DNA of 64,000 nucleotides from an uncultured Candidatus Saccharibacteria bacterium. GTDB lineage: Bacteria > Patescibacteriota > Minisyncoccia > Phycocordibacterales > UBA9973. Below, one piece after another: positions 39,029-49,551 of the stretch (position 1 is its first letter; every line of letters begins with the position of its first letter). The notes beneath the pieces were generated by a model. The model searched no databases. It saw only the letters and a list, made by a program, of their open reading frames with translations, and was not told the origin of the DNA. The stretch lies in assembly GCA_964482735.1 (NCBI GenBank), contig CAYZYV010000001.1, positions 16,172 through 80,171 on the forward strand. Reading direction: 5' to 3'. Both the position numbers and the translations under genes were made by a program.

Positions 39029-40063
39029 ATGGAAAAACAATCAAACTTTAAAGCATTAAATATTTTCACTAAAATCTTTAATGAAATTAGGTACACCCTT
39101 AAAACCCTAATCAAAAAACACCACTTCAACAAACATGTGGATGTACAATATCTAAGACTACTCAAGAAAATCATGAAGAATGGAAACAATAAAGGAGACA
39201 GGACAGGAACCGGGACTAAATCTATTTTTGGTTACCAGATGAGATTTGACCTAAGTGAAGGGTTCCCTTTGCTAACCACAAAAAAACTTCCAATCAAAAC
39301 AATTATCCACGAACTTTTATGGTTTTTAAAAGGAGACACAAACCTAAAGTATTTAGTAGACAACAATGTCCACATCTGGGATGAATGGCCCTACAAAGCG
39401 TACTTAAATAAAAACAAAATTGCTATCCCTAAAACAGATAGTGAAGAGTGGAAAAACGGAATTAAAGAGTTTGTGGAAAGAATAAAGACAGATGCTAACT
39501 TCGCTAAAGAGTACGGAGACCTAGGTCCAATCTATGGGTATCAATGGAGAAATTGGCCAACACCAAACGGAGAAAAGATTGATCAAATAAAAGACATTAT
39601 TGATCAAATAAAAAAGACCCCGGATTCTCGTAGAATGATAATTTCCGCCTGGAACGTTTCTGATATAAACGAAATGGCGAAATCAGGACTTCCTCCGTGT
39701 CATTGTTTGTTCCAATTTTATGTAGCAAATGGAAAACTGTCTTGTCAGTTGTACCAAAGAAGTTGTGATACTTTTTTGGGAGTTCCTTTTAATATCGCTT
39801 CATATGCACTGTTAACCATGATGGTTGCTCAAGTCGCAGGTTTGGAACCTGGAGAGTTTATTTGGGTAGGTGGCGACACACACCTATATAACAATCATTT
39901 TAATCAGGTTAAAGAACAGTTAGGGCGAAGAACAAAAATTAGCCCCATGCCTATTATGAGGATAAACCCTGAGGTAAAAGAAATTGATCAATTTACAATC
40001 GACGACTTTGAACTCGTTGGATACAATCCTTGCGATTCAATCAAAGCACCAATCGCTGTATAG
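39029..40063 (+). CDS. thyA: Thymidylate synthase ThyA
   Basis: DRTGTGT, FPLLTTK, ELLWF, PPCH, YQRSCD.FLGVPFN; start uncertain. Confidence 0.95.
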   Translation: MEKQSNFKALNIFTKIFNEIRYTLKTLIKKHHFNKHVDVQYLRLLKKIMKNGNNKGDRTGTGTKSIFGYQMRFDLSEGFPLLTTKKLPIKTIIHELLWFLKGDTNLKYLVDNNVHIWDEWPYKAYLNKNKIAIPKTDSEEWKNGIKEFVERIKTDANFAKEYGDLGPIYGYQWRNWPTPNGEKIDQIKDIIDQIKKTPDSRRMIISAWNVSDINEMAKSGLPPCHCLFQFYVANGKLSCQLYQRSCDTFLGVPFNIASYALLTMMVAQVAGLEPGEFIWVGGDTHLYNNHFNQVKEQLGRRTKISPMPIMRINPEVKEIDQFTIDDFELVGYNPCDSIKAPIAV

Positions 40064-40123
40064 ATTTAAAAAATTTCCTTGTCATAAAGACAAGGAAATT
40101 TTTATTTATGTTATAATATAAAT

Positions 40124-40633
40124 ATGATTTTATCGATTATATCTGCAATAGGAGAAAACAGAGAGATTGGAGAAAAAAACAATCTATTGTGGAATTTACC
40201 TGCGGACATGAAGCATTTTAAAGAAACAACTTCTGGTCATGTAGTTATCATGGGACTAAAAACATTTGAATCAATTGGCAGACCTCTACCAAATAGAAGA
40301 AATATCGTATTAGCTCAAAACTATAATATTCAACTAGAAGGGGTGGAAATTTTTAACAGTGTAGAATCTTTATTAGACAACCTAGATAAAAGCTTAAACA
40401 AAGATGAGGAGGTTTTTGTTATAGGAGGTGGTCAAATATACAAACTTTTTATTAACATGGCTGATAGACTTTATATAACGCACGTTAATAAAAGCTTCCC
40501 TAATGCCGATGTCTTTTTCCCAGAGATAGATTCATCTTGGAGTGTTGTATCTAAAACAAATGTTATGACTGACAGTAAAAATAATTATGATTTTTACTTT
40601 TCCTTATATGAAAGATTGAACAAAAAAACTTGA
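40124..40633 (+). CDS. folA: Dihydrofolate reductase
   Basis: W.LPADMKHF, MG.KTFESI.RPLPNRRN, IGGGQIY. Confidence 0.95.
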   Translation: MILSIISAIGENREIGEKNNLLWNLPADMKHFKETTSGHVVIMGLKTFESIGRPLPNRRNIVLAQNYNIQLEGVEIFNSVESLLDNLDKSLNKDEEVFVIGGGQIYKLFINMADRLYITHVNKSFPNADVFFPEIDSSWSVVSKTNVMTDSKNNYDFYFSLYERLNKKT

Positions 40634-40651
40634 GCTAGCTCAAGTTTTTTT
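40622..40651. terminator. Bidirectional terminator between folA and the kinase gene
   Basis: aaaaaaacttgagctagctcaagttttttt. Confidence 0.7.
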
Positions 40652-40655
40652 ATTT

Positions 40656-41213
40656 TTAATTATTTAACTCCAATAAAACTTCATCAAGACTTTCATATAA
40701 TTCCTTTTTTGTCTTTTCATTTATTATTGTCCAATCAGCTCTAGCTATCGGACCAGCCTGGTGTAAATTTTCTATTTGAGAATAATCTCTTGAAATTAAT
40801 TCTTCTTTTGTTAATGGTCTAATAGGTCTATCAGATAACCTTTTTATCCTTGTGTCGGGAGAAGCATAAATTGCCAATACTTTAAAAGAGTTTCCAAACT
40901 CTTTTTTCATTTCTAGGTATTCTTCCCAGCTGTATAAACTTTCAACCAAAACACTATTTTCTTGATAAAAATCTTTAACCTTTTGTAGGCTTAGAATAGC
41001 ATAAGCACCCATTCCATACTTGTTTCTTATTTCTTCCCTTGTCTTTCTCTCGTTCGCCTCGTTTATCTCTAACCCGTTTTTTCTCATTTCATCAAAAGTT
41101 GCATCTCCAAAATACACCTTTGGACATTTTAATTTCTCAACCAAATACTCCATTGCTTCTGTCTTACCAGAACCAGCCAATCCTACTAAAGCTAATACTA
41201 TTTTATTTTTCAT
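40656..41213 (-). CDS. P-loop nucleotide kinase (CoaE/adenylate-kinase-like)
   Basis: GLAGSGKT Walker A, R..RL..R lid, ADWTIIN. Confidence 0.75.
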   Translation of the reverse strand: MKNKIVLALVGLAGSGKTEAMEYLVEKLKCPKVYFGDATFDEMRKNGLEINEANERKTREEIRNKYGMGAYAILSLQKVKDFYQENSVLVESLYSWEEYLEMKKEFGNSFKVLAIYASPDTRIKRLSDRPIRPLTKEELISRDYSQIENLHQAGPIARADWTIINEKTKKELYESLDEVLLELNN

Positions 41214-41700
41214 TTTTTTTCTTAAGATTATACTGTCTCATTTTGACCTTGGCTAAAGTAAAAAGTTTACGACTAGCATTATTCCCTGGAGTTCCATTGT
41301 ATTTGTCGCTATCGTAAACAACTTCTTTGATTCCATTTTGAATTATCGTTTTAGCACATTCGTTACACGGAAAAAGCGTGCAATAAATTTTACATCCATG
41401 TGTAGAATTATTGGCATTATAAACAGCATTTTCTTCTGCATGGCAGACGTATGGATATTTAGTATCTTCAAAGTTACCCTCTCTAGCCCACGACAGAGCA
41501 TTAGCTTCTACACCTCTAGGCCAGCCATTATACCCAGCTCCTACCATTATGTTATTGTCGCTAACAATTATTGCTCCAGCTTGTGTAGATGGATCTGGTG
41601 ACCTTTCTGCCATCACATATGCCATTTGCATAAAACATTCATCCCAGGTGATACGATTCTCTCGTGGTTTTATTTTTGGTGTTGTTTTTTTATTTGCCAT
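41203..41700 (-). CDS. dCMP deaminase family protein
   Basis: WDE.FM, GYNG.P, HAE.NA, FPCNEC. Confidence 0.92.
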   Translation of the reverse strand: MANKKTTPKIKPRENRITWDECFMQMAYVMAERSPDPSTQAGAIIVSDNNIMVGAGYNGWPRGVEANALSWAREGNFEDTKYPYVCHAEENAVYNANNSTHGCKIYCTLFPCNECAKTIIQNGIKEVVYDSDKYNGTPGNNASRKLFTLAKVKMRQYNLKKKNEK

Positions 41701-41779
41701 TTTGTTTTTAAAAATTAGTAAACAAAGTAATGCTTACATTATATTAAAAAACAACCAATAAGGAAATAGCGGTTATAAT

Positions 41780-43003
41780 CTATTCATAACGTAAGGCATC
41801 TATCGGATTTAGGTTCGCTGCTCTGTGTGCTGGATAATACCCGAATGTAATTCCTATTAGGGCAGATACTCCGAATGATAAGAATACAGAACCTATGGAG
41901 ACCTGTGTGTTTACTACTTCAAAATAATTCAAAACAAAAGATATTCCCCAACCTAAAATCACACCAATCACCCCTCCAGTAAGAGTAAGCATGGTGGCTT
42001 CTATCAAAAATTGACTATTTATATCTTTTCTTTTAGCTCCAATCGCTTTTCTTAAACCAATTTCTCTCGTCCTCTCTGTTACTGTAGTCAACATCATATT
42101 CATGATTCCTATTCCCCCAACGATTAAAGAAATAGCGGCAACCGCAGCAAGGAAAGTAGTAAATGTTCCAATAACTTCAGAAACGGTTTCTATCATATCG
42201 GCTTGGTTAGAAGTTGTGAAATCATCTGTACCGTTTTCTGCAATTTTATGTCTTTTCCTTAATAACGTTTCCACATCGCTTTGGACAAGAGATGAATAAT
42301 CCGAGCTTTCTGTTGATATGTAAATGTTTGAAAGATATTTGTTCCCTGTTAAATACCTTTGGGCTGTTGTATATGGGATATAAACAGTGTCATCACTACT
42401 CATTGGACCTGTTCCACCCTTAGACAATGCTACTCCTATGATTTTATATTCTGTCCCAGAAATTCTTATCATTTCTCCAACAACATTATCTGTATTTTCT
42501 CCAAAGAGATCATCTCTTACTGTTGAACCAAGGACAACTACTTTTGATGTTTTTTCAACATTTTGATCAGATAGAAAATCACCCTCTCTAAGTTCTATGT
42601 TCCTAACAACAGCATAATTTGGTTCTGTACCAACAATACTCGTATTGGTATTATTACCAGAAAATACTAATTGTTGTTGAGAACTTACTACTTTAACAAC
42701 AGCAGAAACGTGACTAATACTCTCAGATATGGCGTCTGCATCTTCTAGTGTTAGAGTTTTAGCAGAACCTCGTTGACCTTGCGGTCCGCCAAACGATCTA
42801 ACAGCTCCAGGAGAAACAGTGACTAGATTTGCTCCTATAGATTCTATACTCTCTGTAACTTGCTGTTTTGCTCCATTACCAATAGCCGTCATTGTAATAA
42901 CTGAAGCTATACCTATTATGATACCGAGCATCGTCAAACCTGTTCGTGCTTTGTTAGATTTAAGAGCTATAAATGTTTCTAATAAAATATCTCGAATTTT
43001 CAT
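41780..43003 (-). CDS. MacB-like ABC permease
   Basis: LTMLGIIIGIASV, VGGIGIMN.M..VTERTREIG.RKAIGA, P..ALRYE. Confidence 0.93.
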   Translation of the reverse strand: MKIRDILLETFIALKSNKARTGLTMLGIIIGIASVITMTAIGNGAKQQVTESIESIGANLVTVSPGAVRSFGGPQGQRGSAKTLTLEDADAISESISHVSAVVKVVSSQQQLVFSGNNTNTSIVGTEPNYAVVRNIELREGDFLSDQNVEKTSKVVVLGSTVRDDLFGENTDNVVGEMIRISGTEYKIIGVALSKGGTGPMSSDDTVYIPYTTAQRYLTGNKYLSNIYISTESSDYSSLVQSDVETLLRKRHKIAENGTDDFTTSNQADMIETVSEVIGTFTTFLAAVAAISLIVGGIGIMNMMLTTVTERTREIGLRKAIGAKRKDINSQFLIEATMLTLTGGVIGVILGWGISFVLNYFEVVNTQVSIGSVFLSFGVSALIGITFGYYPAHRAANLNPIDALRYE

Positions 43004-43006
43004 AGA

Positions 43007-43714
43007 TTATATTTTCGCTTCCCTTTTCGTATGACGAATAGGATTTTCCGTTAAGAGACCATCTCGAATAAATAAAATTCTATCTGCGTGCTCGGCAACT
43101 TCTTGTTCGTGGGTAATCAAAACTATCGTCCGACCACTTTCTTTATTTAATTTTTGAAAAGTAGCCAATACAATATTCCCTGTTTTTGTATCCAGGTTTC
43201 CAGTTGGTTCATCAGCAAGTATTATTGATGGATTATTAACCAAGGCTCGAGCTATTGCCACTCTTTGAATTTGACCTCCAGAAAGTTGATTTGATAAGTG
43301 ACCAAAATGTGATTCATCTAATCCTGCTTCCTTAAGAGCCTCTTTTGCTCTTCTTTCTCTTTCAGAAAATGTGACACCTTCGTATACAAGTGGTAACATT
43401 ACATTTTTTAAAACAGTTGTTCTCGGTAAAAGATTAAACGACTGAAAGACGAAGCCGATATTTTTCTGTCTTATTTCAGATAATTCATCATCTGATAACT
43501 TTGAGACATCTTTACCATCTAAAAAATATTTCCCTGACGTAGGATTGTCTAGTGCCCCCAGGATATGCATGAGAGTAGATTTACCAGAACCAGAAGGTCC
43601 CATGATTGCTACAAATTCTCCATCTTCAACCTTAAAACTTACTCCATTTAAAGCTGGATATGGTTCATCACTATTTTGGTTATAAACCTTTTTTATATTT
43701 TTAACTTCAATCAT
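43007..43714 (-). CDS. ABC transporter ATP-binding protein
   Basis: GPSGSGKST, LSGGQ, ILADEPTGNLD. Confidence 0.95.
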   Translation of the reverse strand: MIEVKNIKKVYNQNSDEPYPALNGVSFKVEDGEFVAIMGPSGSGKSTLMHILGALDNPTSGKYFLDGKDVSKLSDDELSEIRQKNIGFVFQSFNLLPRTTVLKNVMLPLVYEGVTFSERERRAKEALKEAGLDESHFGHLSNQLSGGQIQRVAIARALVNNPSIILADEPTGNLDTKTGNIVLATFQKLNKESGRTIVLITHEQEVAEHADRILFIRDGLLTENPIRHTKREAKI

Positions 43715-43715
43715 A

Positions 43716-45362
43716 TTATCGCATCATTGCCCCCATGGCAGAGCCACCCATAGGAGGAACTCCGCCCATTACATTCTTATTGTTATTTGATCCTTGTGTT
43801 TTGCTATTTTGAGATGTTGTACTTTGAGTGCTAGACGACATTACCGTCTTAGAAATTATTTGATCACCATTATTCAAACCAGAAACTATTTCTATTAAAG
43901 TATCATCTGTAATCCCAGTAACCACTTCTTTTCTTATTATCTTCGAAGTAGCCAAAACTGCTTCAGACTTGTCTTTCAAAGTAACAGGGATTTCAAAAGC
44001 TTCTACATATGATTTTCCATTTTTGGTCTTAACTGCATTGTTTGAAACGGTTAATATATTCTTTTTCTCGTTAGTAATGATAGAAGCATTGACACTCATT
44101 CCTGGTTTAACACGAGCATCATCTTTACTAAAAACAATTTTTACTCCATAAGTCACCACCCCCGAATTAACTTCTCCCACAGAATCTATTTCTATTACCT
44201 TTCCTGGCAAGGTTAGATCTTCTAACGCGTCAAAAGTTAAAGTAACCTCTTGTCCTTCTTTTATAGATGCAACATCTACTTCATTTAAAGAAATAACTGC
44301 AACCTTGGAGGTAGTTATGATTGTACCAACAGAAGAACCAGATGATTCACCAATTTTTGCTGTGATAGAAGAAACTATTCCATCTATCGGAGCATAAATA
44401 AAGCAATCTTGATAAGACTGTTGCTTGTTTTCAAGAGTAAGTAAGGCACTTTTAATATCTATTTCATCAGCCGGGTTAATAGTTTCATTGAGTGATTCTT
44501 TATTTTTCTTTATCTCATTTTTACTAGACAACAAACTATTCACGGAATTATTTGTTTCTTCTACCCAAGAAGAAACATCATCCTTGGTAGTTTTGGATAG
44601 GGTTGTAGAATCTTCCAGATATAACGAGACATAATTGACGGCTGTCTGTAAATCTTTTGTTGCATTAGCATACAAGATTGCAATTTGGTGTGCATCATCT
44701 ATTGTTTTTTCTATTTCCTCCCTTGAGCTATTTCTAGATAAATTTTTATAAACTTTTACAAAGTCATCAAAAGATCTTTTTGCTTTATAAAAACTATTCT
44801 CTGCCGTTTCTACTTTTTGTCGGCCACTACTATTTAATTTTAGATTTTTTTCTGGACCAAGGTATCCATCTTTATCAAATACTTCACTTATATTTTCTTG
44901 TAATAACGTGGTATCGGAAACAAAAGAGGAAACATTATTCCAGCCGTTGTCATATGACACATTCAAACCATTTTCTGATTTTAAAACAGAAAGAGAATCT
45001 GGTGATACAGTTTTTTGGTAATCTAATTTGGCAATCTCTAAAGCCCTCTTGGCTTCTCTGGAATCTACTTCTGCTATCAAAGTCCCTTTCTCTACTCGTT
45101 GTCCTTCCTTTACTGCTACACGGGTTATTGTACCCGATGATTTAGCCTGTATGGTAATTGAATCTTCTGCTTCTACTTGGCCGGTCTCGGTTACATATGT
45201 AGTTATATTTTTCAATTCTGCATTTTCTAATACGTATTTTGCCTCACTCTTATCCCTATTAAAAAATAATAAAAAGACAACTGACAATAGCACAACAGCC
45301 AAGATTATACTTATAACCTTATGCCTAAGCACAAGATTTTTTATTTTTTTAACTTTATTCAT
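43716..45362 (-). CDS. Efflux membrane-fusion (MacA/HlyD-like) adaptor
   Basis: TM helix, lipoyl halves (V.EG..V.KG; APIDG), KPGMS, SGL..GD. Confidence 0.88.
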   Translation of the reverse strand: MNKVKKIKNLVLRHKVISIILAVVLLSVVFLLFFNRDKSEAKYVLENAELKNITTYVTETGQVEAEDSITIQAKSSGTITRVAVKEGQRVEKGTLIAEVDSREAKRALEIAKLDYQKTVSPDSLSVLKSENGLNVSYDNGWNNVSSFVSDTTLLQENISEVFDKDGYLGPEKNLKLNSSGRQKVETAENSFYKAKRSFDDFVKVYKNLSRNSSREEIEKTIDDAHQIAILYANATKDLQTAVNYVSLYLEDSTTLSKTTKDDVSSWVEETNNSVNSLLSSKNEIKKNKESLNETINPADEIDIKSALLTLENKQQSYQDCFIYAPIDGIVSSITAKIGESSGSSVGTIITTSKVAVISLNEVDVASIKEGQEVTLTFDALEDLTLPGKVIEIDSVGEVNSGVVTYGVKIVFSKDDARVKPGMSVNASIITNEKKNILTVSNNAVKTKNGKSYVEAFEIPVTLKDKSEAVLATSKIIRKEVVTGITDDTLIEIVSGLNNGDQIISKTVMSSSTQSTTSQNSKTQGSNNNKNVMGGVPPMGGSAMGAMMR

Positions 45363-45364
45363 TT

Positions 45365-45856
45365 TTAGTTAAAAGAATCCTCTAGTGGTACTGGTAATAC
45401 GCGAATTAATTTCGCCTCTATCTGACCTTTGTCATTGGGATTTCCAACCACCACAATAGCATCTTCCAATTTTAATTCTTCTTTTGTTATGGTTTCTCTT
45501 GCTTTTCTAATTTGTGTTTTTTCATCAATAACAACTACTTTTTCAGTAGATTCTTTGTCATCAAAAACTATAACATTTGGTAAGGAAATTTTTATTATTT
45601 TACCAATAGACCCATTTGCGTTAGGAAAATTCCTAAATTCGCCTCTTCCTTTATTTGGCGGAAGAGGATTCATTCTCGGAGCCCCAAAGTTAGCTTCATA
45701 ATTTCTTCCCCAATTACAATTAAACATGGCTCTTTTGTGACCAGCAATAGTACCTAGATGAAAGATACAAAAAAGAACCGCTAGGGATAATGTTGTATAT
45801 AATACAATCCTAAAGTCTCTTGAATTTAAAATATTCTTGATTTTTTCTTTATTCAT
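45365..45856 (-). CDS. Hypothetical membrane protein with OB-like C-terminus
   Basis: TM helix then G.I..I...T.I...D.IVVVG...IEAKLIRV; operonic position. Confidence 0.65.
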   Translation of the reverse strand: MNKEKIKNILNSRDFRIVLYTTLSLAVLFCIFHLGTIAGHKRAMFNCNWGRNYEANFGAPRMNPLPPNKGRGEFRNFPNANGSIGKIIKISLPNVIVFDDKESTEKVVVIDEKTQIRKARETITKEELKLEDAIVVVGNPNDKGQIEAKLIRVLPVPLEDSFN

Positions 45857-45869
45857 ATTTTTTAAAAAA

Positions 45870-46268
45870 TTACGCTATTAATAATCTATTTTTAAGATAG
45901 TAGAAGGTCTTTTTTGTTGAAAAGAATAATGCAAAGACTAAGAATAAAGTAACTCCTAGACTAGCAAATGGAATTGAATCCGCTAGTGTCAAAGTGTACT
46001 CTTTCCAGTAGGTTGCCAAGAAACTACCATCAGAGAACAACAATGAAACATATTCAAAGAACCCCAACTTTTCGAACTCAGAAACCAAACTTACTATTGA
46101 AACAATCAAACCTACAAATGAAAACAATCCAAAAGAAGCAAAACCAATAGATTTGAATTTCACTTTTCTGTCTATTTTTCTTGAGATTTCAGTCCAAATA
46201 TCCAAAGATAGTTGATCTCTTGAAGTATTTGCTGTTTTTATAAAAATCTCTTTAATATCTGTTTCCAT
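45870..46268 (-). CDS. Putative membrane anti-sigma factor
   Basis: TM protein directly downstream of the ECF sigma gene. Confidence 0.55.
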   Translation of the reverse strand: METDIKEIFIKTANTSRDQLSLDIWTEISRKIDRKVKFKSIGFASFGLFSFVGLIVSIVSLVSEFEKLGFFEYVSLLFSDGSFLATYWKEYTLTLADSIPFASLGVTLFLVFALFFSTKKTFYYLKNRLLIA

Positions 46269-46311
46269 GTGTAGTTTATACGATTTAAAATTAGTTTTGG
46301 TGCAAAGTGTT

Positions 46312-46872
46312 TTAATTATTTTTTCCTTTTAATTCTTGTTTCAATTTAATAATTGCTCGCCGATGATAACTTTTGACTGTGTTTAATGGTTTGTCGAGTA
46401 ACTCTCCTATCTCTTTGAAGGTCATCTCGTTTTCATAATATAAAACAAGTATTTCTTTGTAGTGAGCTGGGAGTAATGAAATTGCCTCTTTTAAAAAATT
46501 TACATCTTCATTTTTAATAAAAATATTTTCTTGATCTGTTAAATCATCTGGTATGTTTTCCACTAAATCTTTGTCTTCTTCATAAAGCGAAGAAAAACTA
46601 ATGGATTTTTTCTTTCTTAGATAATCTATCGTAGTATTCCTCGCTATATTGTATATCCAAGTTTTAAAACTTGCTCTTTTGGTGTCAAAATTTTTGAGAT
46701 TCTTCCAAACTTTTATAAACACATCTTGAGTGAGATCTTCCGCGCTATCTTTCCCCGCTAGCCTAGAGATATAACTATATATCAGCTGAGTATATTTATC
46801 TATAATAAGTTTCAGAGATAAATCATCTCCGCCCAAATAGTTTTCTATAAGATTTTCGTCTTTCTTATCCAT
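46312..46872 (-). CDS. ECF RNA polymerase sigma factor
   Basis: AEDLTQDVFIKVW, FKTWIYNIARN..IDYLRK, region 4 EIG.LL..PLNTVKS..RRA. Confidence 0.93.
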   Translation of the reverse strand: MDKKDENLIENYLGGDDLSLKLIIDKYTQLIYSYISRLAGKDSAEDLTQDVFIKVWKNLKNFDTKRASFKTWIYNIARNTTIDYLRKKKSISFSSLYEEDKDLVENIPDDLTDQENIFIKNEDVNFLKEAISLLPAHYKEILVLYYENEMTFKEIGELLDKPLNTVKSYHRRAIIKLKQELKGKNN

Positions 46873-47024
46873 CTGTAATATCATATCATTTTGAGACTTC
46901 GGAGAAAATATCGTTTTGTAAATCAAAAAAATGATTTTACTGGCACTCTTGACTTTTAGAACTGATTAAGTATAATAGTATCGAAAAGTTCCTATTGTTA
47001 AACGAACAAAAAACTTTATACGTT

Positions 47025-47408
47025 ATGTGCAGAAATTCAGTCCTCGTCGTCACAACAAAGAGACCGTCTAAACAAGACGAAAATACTTATGCCCAAGAAG
47101 TCAAAAAGGAAATCTTTTCTTCTGGAAAAACGCTAAAAGACGGAGAATTCAAGGTTGAAGTCAGCTTTATTGACCACAATGGGCACATTGACTACCAATC
47201 AAAGAAAGGGTCTCATATAAAAAGGGTAGTCTTTGATCTCGGTGGTTTCCGCGACGAAGGAAAAACAATCGCCAATGTGAAAAAAGGCTTAGCCAAGGTA
47301 AACAAGGTTGAGAACCCTCTCATGTTGAGAATCAGTACCGGAGATAATCTACATGGTTGCAAGAGCATTTCAAAATTGAAACATGTCGCATGCGACTTTG
47401 CGGATTAA
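47025..47408 (+). CDS. Hypothetical protein
   Basis: ORF with TTGACT-16-TATAAT promoter (46949-46976) and terminator. Confidence 0.55.
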   Translation: MCRNSVLVVTTKRPSKQDENTYAQEVKKEIFSSGKTLKDGEFKVEVSFIDHNGHIDYQSKKGSHIKRVVFDLGGFRDEGKTIANVKKGLAKVNKVENPLMLRISTGDNLHGCKSISKLKHVACDFAD

Positions 47409-47437
47409 AAGAAACGCACACGTAAGAAAAAACAAAA

Positions 47438-47470
47438 AGAACGGCGCCCACAAGGCGCCGTGTTTTTTAT
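47438..47470. terminator. Bidirectional terminator
   Basis: acggcgcc-cacaa-ggcgccgt flanked by A and T tracts. Confidence 0.8.
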
Positions 47471-47475
47471 TTTTC

Positions 47476-47871
47476 TTATTCAGTTGTTACTCCGTCAAAT
47501 TCTGCTTCGTTTTGTTCTGCTTCATTTTTAGTTGATCTCACTATTCCGTCTTTGTGATGAGCAGGAGAATATATTGTATACATCTTTAATCCATCATCTC
47601 CAGCTATAACATTGTGTCTTGAACCTTTAGGGACAACCACTGCATCACCGTCCTTAACTTCATATTCTGTTTCATCTATCACCACCCTTCCACTACCCTT
47701 TTCGAATCTAAAGAATTGATCATTTTCATCATGGACTTCCATTCCAATATCTTCATTAGGAAGAAGACTCATAAGTACGAGCTGGCTCATTTCTCCAGTG
47801 TATAAAACTTTTCTAAAGTTATTGTTATCTTCTGTTAACTTTTCTATGTTATCTTTAAAACCCTTTTTCAT
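47476..47871 (-). CDS. Cupin domain protein
   Basis: FRKVLYT, IG.EVH..DQFF, VPKGSRHNV, YTIYSPAHH. Confidence 0.9.
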   Translation of the reverse strand: MKKGFKDNIEKLTEDNNNFRKVLYTGEMSQLVLMSLLPNEDIGMEVHDENDQFFRFEKGSGRVVIDETEYEVKDGDAVVVPKGSRHNVIAGDDGLKMYTIYSPAHHKDGIVRSTKNEAEQNEAEFDGVTTE

Positions 47872-47906
47872 ACGTTTTATATTTTTTAATTAAACTAATA
47901 ATAACT

Positions 47907-48572
47907 TTAATTGTTGACCTCCGTTTCTTGAACTTTATCTTCAGATTCATCACCTTCTTCTTTAGTGTCTTTTTTCTCATCTTTGATTTGGGATTGATAT
48001 GCTCTATACATCCTAGACATTACTAAGTATCCTACTGGGAAAGTAAACAATACTCCTACCCCAAAGAAGATAAAACCAGAAATCATAAATAATCCAATGA
48101 GTAAGTTTTTCCAAAATAGTCTCCACCCATTTTTCTTTGTCATCACCCAAGAATCAGAGAGACTATCTATAGCTCCTTGGTTTTTTTCTATTGAAAGATA
48201 CAAAGCAAAAGCTAGTCTTCCGGAAAAATAAAAAGCTGGCAAAAGTAAAAACGGCAAGCTTACTATGAAGATGATAAAAAATAGAACCGAAGTTTTTAGT
48301 ACGTTCCAATATTGCAAAAGCGTTGGAAATGTTTTTTTGCTAAAAAAATCATAACCCTTTTTATCTATCAAACATAGAGTATATTTTATCCAAACGAAAA
48401 CAAGTAGGAAGCTTATGGCAAAAGAAAGAACAGCTGGTCCAAAACCGTTTTCTTGGCTAAAAGCATTAACTATGGCTGTTACCGCCGTCAAAAGGATTAA
48501 AACGCCAAAGTTCTCTTTGTAGATAGGCCAAGATTGTTTAATTGAATCCCAAATTTTAAATTTAAAAATCAT
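47907..48572 (-). CDS. Hypothetical integral membrane protein
   Basis: Several TM helices; S...SW..TK.NGW pattern. Confidence 0.7.
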   Translation of the reverse strand: MIFKFKIWDSIKQSWPIYKENFGVLILLTAVTAIVNAFSQENGFGPAVLSFAISFLLVFVWIKYTLCLIDKKGYDFFSKKTFPTLLQYWNVLKTSVLFFIIFIVSLPFLLLPAFYFSGRLAFALYLSIEKNQGAIDSLSDSWVMTKKNGWRLFWKNLLIGLFMISGFIFFGVGVLFTFPVGYLVMSRMYRAYQSQIKDEKKDTKEEGDESEDKVQETEVNN

Positions 48573-48719
48573 GTTTTTTAAAAAATAAAACTAATAATTA
48601 ACTACTTTTTTATTATAACAATTAAACCTCAAAAACCACAATAGGGGGAGCAAATTGACAAAAATTGCTAAAAGTCTAGTATAATATGAAATATAGAACA
48701 AAACTAAAAAACAAAAATT

Positions 48720-49412
48720 ATGAGAAAACATAAATTGATAGTGATAGAGGGTACCGACGGATCGGGAAAAGCCACTCAAACAAAAATGATCCGCGAAAGG
48801 CTAGAGGCTGAGGGTTTAAAAGTAGAAACTCGAGACTTTCCTAATTATAAAAATTTCTATGGAAAAATGATTGGGAAGTTCCTTTCAGATCCGGTCTATG
48901 ATTGGGTTCACGTTCACCCATTGATAGCATCAACATTCTATGCCTTAAATAGAGATGAGGATAAGGAAGAAATCGAGAAGCTCATCCGTAGTAACGATAT
49001 TGTAGTTTTTGACCGCTATGTATCTGCAAATCAGATACACCAGGGTGGTAAAATTAAAGATATCGGAAAAAGAAGAGAGTTCTTAAAAGAATTAGAGTTG
49101 TATGAGTACGACAAACTCGGATTGCCAAAGCCAAACCTTGTTTTCTTTTTGGATCTATCTCCTGCCCTATCCCAGAAGCTTATTGAAAAAAGAGATGAAG
49201 AGACTAAGCGAAGTTATCTTAATGGTAAAAAAGACGTGCATGAAACCAACGACGAATTCAAAAAGAATTCTTACGAAGCAGCTGTCTGGCTTGCCAAAAT
49301 GGAACCTAACTGGATAAGGATCAACTGTGAAAAAGATGGAGATATTAAATCCGTCGAAGAAATTCACGAAGAAATCTATTCCAAGCTCACAGCTTTCTTA
49401 AAAACCCATTAA
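48720..49412 (+). CDS. tmk: Thymidylate kinase
   Basis: IVIEGTDGSGKATQ, DRY..AN..HQG, P.P.LV.FLD. Confidence 0.92.
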   Translation: MRKHKLIVIEGTDGSGKATQTKMIRERLEAEGLKVETRDFPNYKNFYGKMIGKFLSDPVYDWVHVHPLIASTFYALNRDEDKEEIEKLIRSNDIVVFDRYVSANQIHQGGKIKDIGKRREFLKELELYEYDKLGLPKPNLVFFLDLSPALSQKLIEKRDEETKRSYLNGKKDVHETNDEFKKNSYEAAVWLAKMEPNWIRINCEKDGDIKSVEEIHEEIYSKLTAFLKTH

Positions 49413-49416
49413 TGAA

Positions 49417-49459
49417 CAAAAAACGAAGGACTCCGTCAAAACACGGAGCCTTTTTGTTT
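49417..49459 (+). terminator. tmk terminator
   Basis: ctccgt..acggag followed by a T tract. Confidence 0.7.
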
Positions 49460-49551
49460 GCTGGCGTCCTTGAGCCAGAACGGTGGTCAGTCAAGCCCTG
49501 TAAGGACATTTCTAATACTTCTATCTTATCATTTTGACGGTCTTTGAGCAT

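Noticed and set aside
46940-46967. CIRCE upstream of ORF 47025
   Set aside because: Only the left half (CTGGCACTC) matches
49461-49470. tggcgtcc as a tRNA-derived att site of the island
   Set aside because: 8-bp match only, no T-arm continuation and no partner repeat in the window
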